Part shown: positions 48,752 to 58,031 of the stretch, in pieces
Numbering within the stretch: position 1 is the first letter of the stretch
How the letters are laid out: every line of letters begins with the position of its first letter
DNA from: Aquificaceae bacterium
GTDB lineage: Bacteria; Aquificota; Aquificia; Aquificales; Aquificaceae
DNA length: 64,000 bases
Reading direction: 5' to 3'
Assembly: GCA_037924335.1 (NCBI GenBank)
Contig: JAXSMZ010000001.1
Location: 123,965-187,964, forward strand
Made by a program: the position numbers and the translations under genes
Notes under the pieces: generated by a model
Database searches by the model: none
What the model was told of the DNA's origin: nothing
Seen by the model: only the letters and a program-made list of their open reading frames with translations

Positions 48752-49398
48752 TGATAATACAGACTTTACTGTCCAGACTGGATGATGATGCAAAGAACAA
48801 GAGACTTGAGGTTTTCAAAAGCTGGGAAGAACTCGGTTACAGTCTGAGCTTTTATCCCTATGGTGATTGCTACGTTATGATGGCTGAAATTCCCGACAAG
48901 GACTTTGAAAAGCTTCTAAACATCTTTTCAAATAAGGATGAAGCTACTGGAGCTTTTTTGGACATGGCTTTGGAGTATGGATGGGAACCAGTCCCAAAAA
49001 CTTACCTTGTATACCATGCCCAGTTTGAAGGAGATGTTCTCAAGGCTGGAATTCTGACGGAAGATGGGAGCTATCAACCTTACGACCAGCTTAACCTTGA
49101 AAACATGATAAGGGAGCTTGCCAGATACGATAGAATTGTAGTTTACTCTTACGATGTTATCACCTACATAAAGGACGTGTATCCAGATGTGGACAGGAAG
49201 GTATACGTGATAGCTAAGGAGATAGCCAAAGCAAAAGGGAAAGCGCCATACCTTGAAGAGCTCGCCAAAATGCATGGTACGGAGGTGAAAAGCCTTGAAG
49301 AGAAGCTTTCTTTCATAAGAAGACTTTTGGATGGTCCTATAAAGCTGGATGGAGAGATCACTCTTCCACCTGTGAACAAACCCCTTCTAGAGTGCTAA
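48748..49398 (+). CDS. Hypothetical protein, C-terminal part possibly a degenerate RNase H-like/3'-5' exonuclease fold
   Basis: Translationally coupled ORF; fold call is pattern-based only. Confidence 0.7.
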   Translation: MMIIQTLLSRLDDDAKNKRLEVFKSWEELGYSLSFYPYGDCYVMMAEIPDKDFEKLLNIFSNKDEATGAFLDMALEYGWEPVPKTYLVYHAQFEGDVLKAGILTEDGSYQPYDQLNLENMIRELARYDRIVVYSYDVITYIKDVYPDVDRKVYVIAKEIAKAKGKAPYLEELAKMHGTEVKSLEEKLSFIRRLLDGPIKLDGEITLPPVNKPLLEC

Positions 49399-49417
49399 AA
49401 TGCTATCTGGGTTCTAG

Positions 49418-50308
49418 ATGGAGAGCTTTATAAACCTTTTGATACTTTTGATCTTTTCCCTTGCTGGGCTTGTGTTTGATGAAGTTTTCAAAAAACTCAA
49501 GGACCTTATCATACCTATGCTGATGATGGTAATGCTCAGCATGGGCCTAACGCTAAGCAAAGAGGATTTTATAAGAACGCTTAAAGATCCAGTGCCGATA
49601 CTTTACGCTGCCTTTACCCAGTACACTATCATGCCACTCCTTGCTTTTGCCCTGGGTCTTATTTTTAACCTTGAAAGGCAAATTTACTCTGGCTTAGTCC
49701 TTGTTGGTTCTGCTCCCGGTGGAACTGCATCAAACTTGATAACTTACTTAGCAAAAGGGGACCTCCCTTACTCCATAAGCATGACAAGCTTTTCTACATT
49801 GATAGCTCCCATTTTTACACCCCTTTGGACCTTTCTGCTTGCCGGAAAGTATGTACGAGTGGATTTCCTGACCATGTTTTGGGACACCTTTAAGATGGTG
49901 GTTTTTCCTGTAATGTTTGGTATGACAATAAAAGCAGCCTTTCCGAAAGCACAAAAACTTGAACCTGCCCTTCCATACCTTTCTGTCTCTTTAATAGGTT
50001 TCATAATAGCAGTCATCTTCTCAATCAACGCAGACAAACTTAAGGAGATTTCCCTGCTTTTGGTCTTTGTGGTTATGCTTCATAACTTCCTTGGTTTTGT
50101 CCTAGGCTTCCTTTTTGGAAAGCTTGCTGGTCTTGATGTCAAAAGAGCAAAAACTCTTTCCATAGAGGTTGGTATGCAAAACTCCGGCTTGGCCGTTGCC
50201 CTTGCCATTAAGCATTTCTCCCCCTTAGCATCCCTACCCGGTGCCATCTTCAGCCTTGTCCAAAACATCAGTGGGATCATTCTTGCTATGATATATAAAA
50301 GGTTATGA
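49418..50308 (+). CDS. Bile acid:sodium symporter family transporter
   Basis: MLSMGLTL, QYTIMP, PGGTASN, EVGMQNSGLA. Confidence 0.93.
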   Translation: MESFINLLILLIFSLAGLVFDEVFKKLKDLIIPMLMMVMLSMGLTLSKEDFIRTLKDPVPILYAAFTQYTIMPLLAFALGLIFNLERQIYSGLVLVGSAPGGTASNLITYLAKGDLPYSISMTSFSTLIAPIFTPLWTFLLAGKYVRVDFLTMFWDTFKMVVFPVMFGMTIKAAFPKAQKLEPALPYLSVSLIGFIIAVIFSINADKLKEISLLLVFVVMLHNFLGFVLGFLFGKLAGLDVKRAKTLSIEVGMQNSGLAVALAIKHFSPLASLPGAIFSLVQNISGIILAMIYKRL

Positions 50309-50961
50309 TAGCTATATATCTTTTGGTTCTGCTGCTTCTGAACGGATGCTCCGTAACTGTGAGGGAGATAAAAGAGGAGGCTCCCCAAGGGGAGCTGAGG
50401 GTGAACTGTAAAACTCCAATATACACAGAGGGCTTTTACTGTGATGATGAAAGGGCAAAAAGCGGTCTTTTACAACCTTGGAGCAGGGTAAAGATAACAA
50501 ACATGAAGAATGGAAAGAGTATAACTGTTGCAGTTATGCGGGATGATGACGTGAGGGGTGTTTGTATACCAAAAAAATACAGCTATCTTCTTGGTCCTAC
50601 CACCTTTCCTGCAAGGTTGGATATAGAGAGATGCGGAAGAGAAGGTATAACCACATGCCCTCAAAGGATAGAAGGAATAGCAAGTTATTACGCAAACCCC
50701 TATCATGGAAGAGAATCTTCTTACGGCATAACTTATGATATGCACGGTATGTATGCAGCTCATAGAACTTTACCCCTTGGCACACTCCTAAAGGTGGTCA
50801 ACTTAGAAAACAACAAGTCTGTAGTTGTTAAAGTCATAGATAGGGGACCTTTCAAAAATCACAGAGTTCTTGACCTCTCTTATGGAGCGGCAAAAGAGAT
50901 AGATATGATAAAAAAGGGAGAAGCTAAGGTAGTAGCTTATACCATCAGATGTGGGGAGTGA
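50305..50961 (+). CDS. rlpA: RlpA-family lytic transglycosylase lipoprotein (two DPBB-like modules)
   Basis: Lipobox LNGC; GIASYY, AAHRTLPLGT, VKVIDRGPF, LDLSYGAA. Confidence 0.85.
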   Translation: MIAIYLLVLLLLNGCSVTVREIKEEAPQGELRVNCKTPIYTEGFYCDDERAKSGLLQPWSRVKITNMKNGKSITVAVMRDDDVRGVCIPKKYSYLLGPTTFPARLDIERCGREGITTCPQRIEGIASYYANPYHGRESSYGITYDMHGMYAAHRTLPLGTLLKVVNLENNKSVVVKVIDRGPFKNHRVLDLSYGAAKEIDMIKKGEAKVVAYTIRCGE

Positions 50962-50997
50962 CCTCCTCTCCTCATTTCAATGAGGAGCTCCCCTTTC
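50957..50997. repeat. Short IS200/IS605-end-like palindromic element, copy 1
   Basis: AGTGACCTCCTCTCCTCA identical to 58177-58194; stem CTCCTCAT-TTCA-ATGAGGAG. Confidence 0.7.
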
Positions 50998-51110
50998 TCA
51001 GGGCTTAACTTCCCGTTGGTAAAGAGCTATGAGTGTCAACAGAGAAAAAAATGTTAGAATACCAGCGTACGCATGGGCCAACGTATAGTCCAAAACTTCT
51101 ACCGCTTGAC
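50998..51110 (-). pseudogene. modB: modB (molybdate ABC permease) C-terminal remnant
   Basis: QAVEVLDYTLAHAYAGILTFFSLLTLIALYQREVKP* resembles the last TM helix of ModB; no start. Confidence 0.65.
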
Positions 51111-51182
51111 TGCAACAAAAACCTTTAACTCCTCAGCCTTTGCAAGGTACAAAAAGAAGAGCGTTAATAAAAGCAGTCTCAT
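51111..51182 (-). pseudogene. modA: modA (molybdate-binding protein) N-terminal remnant
   Basis: GGAGG SD, ATGA overlap with regulator stop, MRLLLLTLFFLYLAKA-EELKVFVA signal peptide plus first strand, then stop after 3 codons. Confidence 0.65.
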
Positions 51183-52189
51183 ATCTTAACCTCCTCGTAT
51201 TTTTCAAGATGGTACCCAGGTAGAGAAGAGATCCTTTGTCTGTAATTCTTGCCCTTTATAGTTTCAATGACCTTGATAAAATTCCTATCTTCTTCAAGCT
51301 CTTCTCTGTAACATATGCAGTAATCCTCCACATCTACGCTCAAAAAGATAAGTCCAGCTTCAAGAGCAGAAAACTTAATGCAAACCCCAGCATCCCCAAG
51401 ACCATTTTTAAGGCTTAAAGCTAATTCATCATGTCCACCTTTGAACTCTTTCCACTCCACAGGTCCAAGCTCTTTTCTTATGTTTTCAAAAATCTTCCTT
51501 GCTCCAGCTCCCTCTTCCTTTACGAGCCAAAGAAGTCTTTTATCTCTAAGCTCTCTAAAACTTTCTACCTGAAGGTCGCTTCTTAGGGCTATACCCTCTT
51601 CCCAGAGGAACATCTTCAGAACCTTATAGCCCTCTTTGAGAACATTCTTTATAGTTTTTAAATTGTTTTCTAACTTTCCCAGATGAACCCCCGCCATATG
51701 TACATAACCATCCCTTAAAAGCTCAAGGGCTTCTCTGCTTGAACTGTAAAAGGGCAAAAACCTGATACTTTCTTCCATCAGCATATGGGAAAGCATCCCC
51801 ATAGATGGGTCGCATCCTGCAAAGACAAAGGTTCTACCTTTTGAATCTCTCCTTGTCCATTGTATTTTGTCCCCTTCAAGCACACCATCAGGAGGAATAT
51901 AGCCAGAAAGACCCCTGGTTAATGGGTAAATCACCGTTTTACTTCCAATGGTTGCAGACAGAAAGGGTCCGTCGGAAAAATCCCTAAAAAGTTTTATTTC
52001 TTCTTCACCAAAGAGCTCTTCCACTGAACACCTCAACACACTTGCAAGTCTAAGAGCGTACTCCACGGATGGTGATACTTCCCTTGACTCTATTGCGCTT
52101 ATAGTAGTCCTTGGTATGCCAGTAAGCTTAGAAAGGTCTTCCTGAGACAAACCCTTTAAAATTCTATACTCTCTCACTCTATTGCTCAT
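51179..52189 (-). CDS. XRE-family HTH regulator with periplasmic-binding-protein-like (molybdate-sensing type) domain
   Basis: N-terminal Cro/C1 HTH (GLSQEDLS..TISAIE); AGCDP, HMAGVHL, EEGAGAR, DAGV motifs. Confidence 0.88.
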   Translation of the reverse strand: MSNRVREYRILKGLSQEDLSKLTGIPRTTISAIESREVSPSVEYALRLASVLRCSVEELFGEEEIKLFRDFSDGPFLSATIGSKTVIYPLTRGLSGYIPPDGVLEGDKIQWTRRDSKGRTFVFAGCDPSMGMLSHMLMEESIRFLPFYSSSREALELLRDGYVHMAGVHLGKLENNLKTIKNVLKEGYKVLKMFLWEEGIALRSDLQVESFRELRDKRLLWLVKEEGAGARKIFENIRKELGPVEWKEFKGGHDELALSLKNGLGDAGVCIKFSALEAGLIFLSVDVEDYCICYREELEEDRNFIKVIETIKGKNYRQRISSLPGYHLEKYEEVKI

Positions 52190-52207
52190 GATATAAAATC
52201 ATATAGC

Positions 52208-52996
52208 ATGGATAAAAAATTGCCAACGGGTTTTCTGGCATTTTCCATAAGCCTTTTTATTGCCGTTCTGAGTAGTCTTATCGGTCTCGGTGGTGCAGAG
52301 CTTCGATTACCTTTCTTGATAAAGCTTTTTAAACTCTCTCCCCTTCAGGCGGTCATAACCAACAAAGCCATAAGCCTTGTGGTAGTATCTTCAAGCTTCT
52401 TCTCAAGGCTTGGCGTCGTTCATTTTTATGATCTCCAAGAGAACATCTACATAGCTATAAACCTGTTAAGCGGTAGTCTTATAGGCGCTTGGGTTGCAGC
52501 AGACTGGGCCACAAAGGTTCATAGCAGAACCCTTCAAAAGGTTATGGCTTTTCTACTAGTCCTTATCGCCTTTTCCCTGACCTTAGAAAGGTATGGGGCA
52601 TTCCATATCCATCTTTCTGGTGTTCTTCTTTGTTTGGCTGGTATGCTGTCTGGTTTTTTCATAGGTGTGGTTGCCGCACTTATGGGGGTTGCAGGTGGAG
52701 AGCTTCTTATACCAACTATAATACTACTTTACCCAACTGACATAAAGCTTGCTGGTAGTATTTCTCTTCTTATAAGCCTTCCTACTATGCTGTCCGCTTT
52801 TGGTAGGTACAGTAAGGACAGGAGCTTTAATGTTCTTAAAGAGAGAAAAGCTTTACTGTTCTTCATGGTTCTTGGTTCATTAATGGGTAGCTTTTTAGGC
52901 GGACATATGCTTCTTAAATGGGCTCCGCAAGACTTTATACTGATGCTACTGATAATCTTGCTTTTCTTGTCAGCCTATAAAGTTTGGAAGCACTAA
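52208..52996 (+). CDS. TauE/SafE (TSUP) family transporter
   Basis: GLGGAELRLP and GVAGGELLIP repeats; polytopic. Confidence 0.88.
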   Translation: MDKKLPTGFLAFSISLFIAVLSSLIGLGGAELRLPFLIKLFKLSPLQAVITNKAISLVVVSSSFFSRLGVVHFYDLQENIYIAINLLSGSLIGAWVAADWATKVHSRTLQKVMAFLLVLIAFSLTLERYGAFHIHLSGVLLCLAGMLSGFFIGVVAALMGVAGGELLIPTIILLYPTDIKLAGSISLLISLPTMLSAFGRYSKDRSFNVLKERKALLFFMVLGSLMGSFLGGHMLLKWAPQDFILMLLIILLFLSAYKVWKH

Positions 52997-53038
52997 ATTT
53001 TAAATGAGCTTATAATATTTCAAAAAGGAGGAGGAAAG

Positions 53039-54049
53039 ATGAAAAAGCGCATGCTCGCAACCTTAAGTTGGCTTTTTATACTTGCAAGCCCTACTTATGC
53101 TGAAGAGTATAATTTCAACGTCTTGGATGGCCTAAACGAATCCATCAGAGTGGTTGAAGTGGCTTACAAGTCTGGTGCAGGGGAGAAGGATAAATACCAT
53201 TTTGAGAAAACTAAAGCTTATAGCCGTATATCTATGTTTTTAGCTTCAGAGCCTGACATGATAGGTTCAAAGATATTTGTCATAAAGAGTATGAATTCTG
53301 CATCAAAAGCTCTGACAGGTACAAAGACCATTGACCCTATAGAATTTATAGAAAAGGGCGCTTTTAATTTGGACATAAAGGAGCTTAACAGTAGGCTTGA
53401 ATATTTGAGAGAGAACAAAGGGGAAAGCTGCGCTCCGGAAGAGCTTGCAAAAGCCGAAGCTTATTACGATGCTCTATCCTATGAGGTCAAGAAGGAAAAA
53501 CCAAACCAGATAGCTCTGGAAAAGTTCTACAACGACACTATAAACAGCAGCCTCCTAGCTGAAGAAAAACTAAAGTCTGCAATAGAAAGCGGGTTTGAGT
53601 GCTACACTGGAAAGAAACTCCTTCCCGAAGTTGCCAAAGCAGAGGAAGAAAAACCAAAACCTACAGAGGAGGCTAAAAAGGAGGAGCTAAAAGAAGAACC
53701 TCTTATGGTAACTGCAAGAATACACTTTGATTTCGACAGATATAACATAAAAAGGGAGTACATGCCACTTCTCAACGAGGTTGTCAAGACCTTAAAGGAT
53801 AACCCAAACGTACGCGTGAGGATAGAAGGGTACACAGACAGCATAGGAACAAAAGCCTATAACGATAAGCTTGCACTCAAAAGGGCAAAATCTGTAAAGG
53901 ACTACCTCGTTAAACATGGAATACCCGCAGACAGGATAGAAATGGTTGGTTATGGCAAAGAGAAGTACATAGCAACGAACAAAACTTCAATAGGAAGGTT
54001 GACTAACAGAAGAGCAGATTTCATAATTTTGAGACTTTCTTCTCAATAA
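53039..54049 (+). CDS. OmpA-family peptidoglycan-binding protein
   Basis: Signal peptide; IHFDFD, EGYTDSIG, LALKRAKSV, GYGKE, NRRA. Confidence 0.92.
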   Translation: MKKRMLATLSWLFILASPTYAEEYNFNVLDGLNESIRVVEVAYKSGAGEKDKYHFEKTKAYSRISMFLASEPDMIGSKIFVIKSMNSASKALTGTKTIDPIEFIEKGAFNLDIKELNSRLEYLRENKGESCAPEELAKAEAYYDALSYEVKKEKPNQIALEKFYNDTINSSLLAEEKLKSAIESGFECYTGKKLLPEVAKAEEEKPKPTEEAKKEELKEEPLMVTARIHFDFDRYNIKREYMPLLNEVVKTLKDNPNVRVRIEGYTDSIGTKAYNDKLALKRAKSVKDYLVKHGIPADRIEMVGYGKEKYIATNKTSIGRLTNRRADFIILRLSSQ

Positions 54050-54070
54050 ATACTATAAGCTAAGCTTATA

Positions 54071-54121
54071 CAATTAGTAAATATTTCTAATTGCTATCTT
54101 TCTCTAACAGTTGTATACTGT
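54071..54121 (+). promoter_or_regulatory. Candidate cox operon promoter with overlapping inverted repeats
   Basis: TTGCTA (54091-54096), 17 bp, TATACT (54114-54119); CAATTAG-N9-CTAATTG and ACAGT-N5-ACTGT. Confidence 0.55.
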
Positions 54122-54145
54122 CAAAAAGGAATGGAGGTAAATCAA

Positions 54146-54922
54146 ATGGCGCAACATGAGATGCACCATCACTTAGGAGAACATGAGACAAGCATATGGC
54201 CATTACCGATAGGGGTCGGTATACTTCTTATGCCCATATCCATCACCTCATTCTTTGCTTGGCATCAGCAGATGCTTGCGTTGGTGATGGGCGGCGTTTC
54301 TTTCTTGCTCATCATTTTTGGACTCATAGGATGGACCAATGAGTTTTTCAGTAAAGGACATGAAGAAGGTTTTGGTGGGTTAGCTATTTCGCTCTTTATA
54401 GCCACAGAGGTGGTCATATTTGGTACAATGTTTGCGGCTTTTTGGACAGCAAGGGCAACACATGCCGATGTGTGGGGTCAATGGGTTCCACACATGAACC
54501 TTATAATTCCACTCATACTTACCCTCATACTGTGGACATCGAGCTTTACCATACTCGTATCAGAAAAGTCCGTTGAGAAAGGTAAGAGAGCACCTGCCAT
54601 TCTTTGGCTTTTGACCACCATTATTCTAGGGTCTTGTTTTGTGGTTATTCACTTCAATGAGTGGAAGCATCTTTGGCATTCTGGTTTTACTCTAAGCTCC
54701 AACATGTACGGAACTGGTTTTTATGCATTGACGGGAATACACACATCCCACGTGTTGGTTGGGTTAATATCGCAGCTCTATGTACTCTGGCTTTTACTTT
54801 CTGGAAAGATGACGGAGCATAGGACCACAATGTACAAGGCTGTAAGCATATACTGGCACTTTGTTGACCTCATGTGGTTGCTTGTGGCAAGCAGCGCTTA
54901 CATTATAGGGAGTTTAGTATGA
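54146..54922 (+). CDS. coxC: Cytochrome c oxidase subunit III
   Basis: FIATEVVIF, TGIHTSHV, YWHFVDLMW; GGAGGT SD before ATG 54146. Confidence 0.93.
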   Translation: MAQHEMHHHLGEHETSIWPLPIGVGILLMPISITSFFAWHQQMLALVMGGVSFLLIIFGLIGWTNEFFSKGHEEGFGGLAISLFIATEVVIFGTMFAAFWTARATHADVWGQWVPHMNLIIPLILTLILWTSSFTILVSEKSVEKGKRAPAILWLLTTIILGSCFVVIHFNEWKHLWHSGFTLSSNMYGTGFYALTGIHTSHVLVGLISQLYVLWLLLSGKMTEHRTTMYKAVSIYWHFVDLMWLLVASSAYIIGSLV

Positions 54923-55686
54923 TAAGCTTCCTTTTTTTCCTTCTCTTTGTAAACTCTGTCTATGCCTATGGTACATTTAACAACAACGGAGGCGCCTTTG
55001 ACCCTTCTGTTTTAGAAATACAGCAAGACCTTTACCTTGGCAAAAGACTCAGGGATTACACTATGCTCTCAGACAAGGGATGGACAAGCCTATACAAGGT
55101 GATAGACAAAAAGCCTACCATACTGCAGCTTGCTTACTACACATGCGATGCATCTTGTCCCATCTTAACCCATAACCTTTTGATGGCTACAAAAGAAACA
55201 AAGGGCAAAGATTTCAATGTTCTTGTTTTATCCTTTGACAAAAAGGACAGTATGGACACGCTCAAAGCCTTCAAATCAAAACTTGGATACGTACCAGATA
55301 ACTGGACCTTCGGTATACTTCAAAAGGAGGACATAGATAGCTTGACAAAGTCTGTAGGTTTTAAGTTCTTTTACTCTGAGAGGGATAAAACCTTCGTTCA
55401 TCCCAACACTCTTATCTTTCTATCCCCGGATGGAAAAGTTATGAGATATCTCTTTGGCACTTTTCCGAACAGCAAGGATATAAAGTTAGCTTTGGTAGAT
55501 GCACAGAGAGAAAGTCCATCTATCAATAACATTCTTGACCTTGCCCTTCTTGCGTGTTACAGATACGATCAGAGCAGAAGCAGATACGTTATGGACCCAG
55601 TTGTTATGTTTGGGCTTATGGGTCTTGGCCTTCTTGGTCTAACTGGTCTTTTGACCTTAACCTATAAGAAAGCTCAGGAGGTATAA
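54919..55686 (+). CDS. SCO-family copper chaperone
   Basis: CxxxC (CDASC), conserved His (FVHP), thioredoxin-like fold, C-terminal TM. Confidence 0.88.
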   Translation: MISFLFFLLFVNSVYAYGTFNNNGGAFDPSVLEIQQDLYLGKRLRDYTMLSDKGWTSLYKVIDKKPTILQLAYYTCDASCPILTHNLLMATKETKGKDFNVLVLSFDKKDSMDTLKAFKSKLGYVPDNWTFGILQKEDIDSLTKSVGFKFFYSERDKTFVHPNTLIFLSPDGKVMRYLFGTFPNSKDIKLALVDAQRESPSINNILDLALLACYRYDQSRSRYVMDPVVMFGLMGLGLLGLTGLLTLTYKKAQEV

Positions 55687-55687
55687 A

Positions 55688-56374
55688 ATGGTAGAAGCTT
55701 TAGCCTATCCAGCCAACCTTTGGGAAAGAATATACCACATATGGCTCTTTGTTGCTGTAATTATATACCTAATAGTTGCAATTCCAATGCTTTACTTCAT
55801 GATACGCTACAGGTACAAAAAAGGAAAGAATGAGGAGGGAGCACATATAGAAGGGAACAATGCTCTTGAGATAACGTGGACAGTCATACCTCTACTTATA
55901 GTGATCTACCTTGCCACACAAAGTTTTGTTTTTTACCAAAAGCAAAGGAATGCACCAGAGAATGCTATGGAGGTCAAGGTAACCGGTTTTATGTGGGGAT
56001 GGGAGGTGGACTATCCTAATGGGAAGAAAGTATTTGCTTTCTTTAACCCTGAGTACAAAATACCAGAAGAGCAGAAGATAGTCCTTCCTGCCGGTAAACC
56101 CATAAAGGTTCTTCTCACATCAAGAGATGTCATACACGCCTTTTATGTTCGCCCCGCAAAGGTTATGGAGGATGCAGTTCCAGGAAGGATAACCCACCTT
56201 TGGTTCCAAATAAACAAACCAGGAGAATACTGGGCCTTCTGTAGGGAGTACTGTGGTACACAGCACTCCAGGATGGTAGCCATACTTAAGGTTGTACCTC
56301 AGGCAGATTTTGATAAATGGATAAAAGCTGGAGTAGCTCAATCCAACGATAGTCCTAAGTTAGCAAGCCAATAA
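55688..56374 (+). CDS. coxB: Cytochrome c oxidase subunit II
   Basis: LEITWTVIP, DVIHAF, CuA motif CREYCGTQHSRM. Confidence 0.96.
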   Translation: MVEALAYPANLWERIYHIWLFVAVIIYLIVAIPMLYFMIRYRYKKGKNEEGAHIEGNNALEITWTVIPLLIVIYLATQSFVFYQKQRNAPENAMEVKVTGFMWGWEVDYPNGKKVFAFFNPEYKIPEEQKIVLPAGKPIKVLLTSRDVIHAFYVRPAKVMEDAVPGRITHLWFQINKPGEYWAFCREYCGTQHSRMVAILKVVPQADFDKWIKAGVAQSNDSPKLASQ

Positions 56375-56387
56375 AGGAGGTGTAAAG

Positions 56388-57998
56388 ATGGCAGCAGTAT
56401 CCGTTTATAGACCCTGGTACAGCGCAGGGGTCAAAGAGTGGCTCTTTACAACGGACCACAAGAAAATAGCAATGTTTTATGGAGTTACAACCTTACTGTT
56501 TTTTCTCGTTGCTGGAATCATGGCCCTTGGTATAAGGCTCGAGCTTTGGGAGCCTGGTATGCAATTTATGTCTCCAGAAACATACAATTATCTCCTTACA
56601 GGTCATGGTGCTGTGGCCCTTCTCTGGTGGGCTATAGGTGTTTGGTCTGCCTTCGCCAATTTTCTTATACCCCTTATGATAGGGGCTAGGGATGTCGCCT
56701 TCCCAAGGTTAAACGCACTTAGCTGGTGGACCTTCTTTGCTGCAAGCGTTCTTGTCCTCATTACACTTATACCATCTAACCACATAAAGATGATGTGGAC
56801 AGGGTATCCACCCTATTCGCTCAACGACGATGCTGGAGTAACAGCTCTATATGTTTTCATAATACACCTTGTTGGTGCTTCTTCCATCATGGGAGCAGTG
56901 AACTTTATAACCACAACGCTTAGGATGAGAGCACCTGGCATAACTCTTGGAAACATGAACTTAATACTTCATGCCATTATGGCTGCCAACGTTATACAGC
57001 TTTTGGGTGTTCCATCCTTTGCCGGTGCAGTTACTATGCTTTTCCTTGACAAGTACTTAGGTACCAACTTCTTTAACCCAAGCTTAGGGGGTGACCCTCT
57101 CATATATGAGAACGTCTTCTGGTTTTATTCGCATCCTGCTGTGTATGTTATGGTCATACCAGCCTTTGGTGTCTTTTCAGAGGTCATATCCACCTTTTCG
57201 AGGAAGCCCATATTTGGACAACTGACCATGGCTGTTGCCATATGGGCTATAGCCCTTCTTGGTTTTATGGTTTGGATACATCACATGTTCACGTCAGGTA
57301 TCCCAGACTGGATAAGAATAGTGATGTCCTATACGACAGTTCTCATAGGTGTACCAACTGGGATAAAGATATTCAACTGGGTAGCAACCCTTTATAAGGG
57401 TTCTATAGTTTACAAAACCCCTATGCTCTTCACACTTGGCGGAATATTCATGTTTCTCGTAGGTGGTTTGACTGGTATACCGCTTGCTCTTCCTTCCTTT
57501 GATATAAATGTGCATGATTCCCACTTTGTAGTTGCTCACTTCCACTATGTTCTTGGTATGGCTATAACTCTAGGTGCTTTTAGCGGTATATACTATTGGT
57601 TCCCTAAACTGACAGGCAAGATGTACAACGAAACCCTTGGAAAGGTAAGCTTTTGGACCATTATGATAGGCTCCAATGTTTTTTACTTTTTCCAGTTCAT
57701 CGTTGGTATCGAAGGTATGCCAAGGAGGTATGCAGACTATCCACCCATACCAGAGTTTATAGAGCTTCATCACATACAGACCATTGGTTCTTTTGTGCTT
57801 GCCTTCGGTATACTTTTGACCCTTATCAATTGGATACTGTCAGTCGTAAGAGGTGAAAAAGCCACTTCAAATCCATGGGGCTCAAGCTCCTTAGAGTGGC
57901 AAATACCCTCTCCACCACCACCACATAATTTTGATAAGACTCCTGAACTGCCCTCAGACTGGGACCCTTACGCCTATCATCACAAACCTCATTGGTAG
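56388..57998 (+). CDS. coxA: Cytochrome c oxidase subunit I, type A2
   Basis: TDHKKI, GARDVAFPRLN (D-channel), YSHPAVY, WIHHMF, AHFHY, GMPRRY. Confidence 0.97.
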   Translation: MAAVSVYRPWYSAGVKEWLFTTDHKKIAMFYGVTTLLFFLVAGIMALGIRLELWEPGMQFMSPETYNYLLTGHGAVALLWWAIGVWSAFANFLIPLMIGARDVAFPRLNALSWWTFFAASVLVLITLIPSNHIKMMWTGYPPYSLNDDAGVTALYVFIIHLVGASSIMGAVNFITTTLRMRAPGITLGNMNLILHAIMAANVIQLLGVPSFAGAVTMLFLDKYLGTNFFNPSLGGDPLIYENVFWFYSHPAVYVMVIPAFGVFSEVISTFSRKPIFGQLTMAVAIWAIALLGFMVWIHHMFTSGIPDWIRIVMSYTTVLIGVPTGIKIFNWVATLYKGSIVYKTPMLFTLGGIFMFLVGGLTGIPLALPSFDINVHDSHFVVAHFHYVLGMAITLGAFSGIYYWFPKLTGKMYNETLGKVSFWTIMIGSNVFYFFQFIVGIEGMPRRYADYPPIPEFIELHHIQTIGSFVLAFGILLTLINWILSVVRGEKATSNPWGSSSLEWQIPSPPPPHNFDKTPELPSDWDPYAYHHKPHW

Positions 57999-58007
57999 TT
58001 TCCATTG

Positions 58008-58021
58008 GGGGCTTTGCCCCC
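58008..58021 (+). terminator. GC-rich hairpin after coxA (possible terminator/processing site, no U-tract)
   Basis: GGGGGC-TTT-GCCCCC. Confidence 0.35.
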
Positions 58022-58031
58022 GGGGTGACCC

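Noticed and set aside
52190-52207. Possible Moco riboswitch for the molybdate regulator
   Set aside because: The intergenic space is only 18 bp; no room for the structure.
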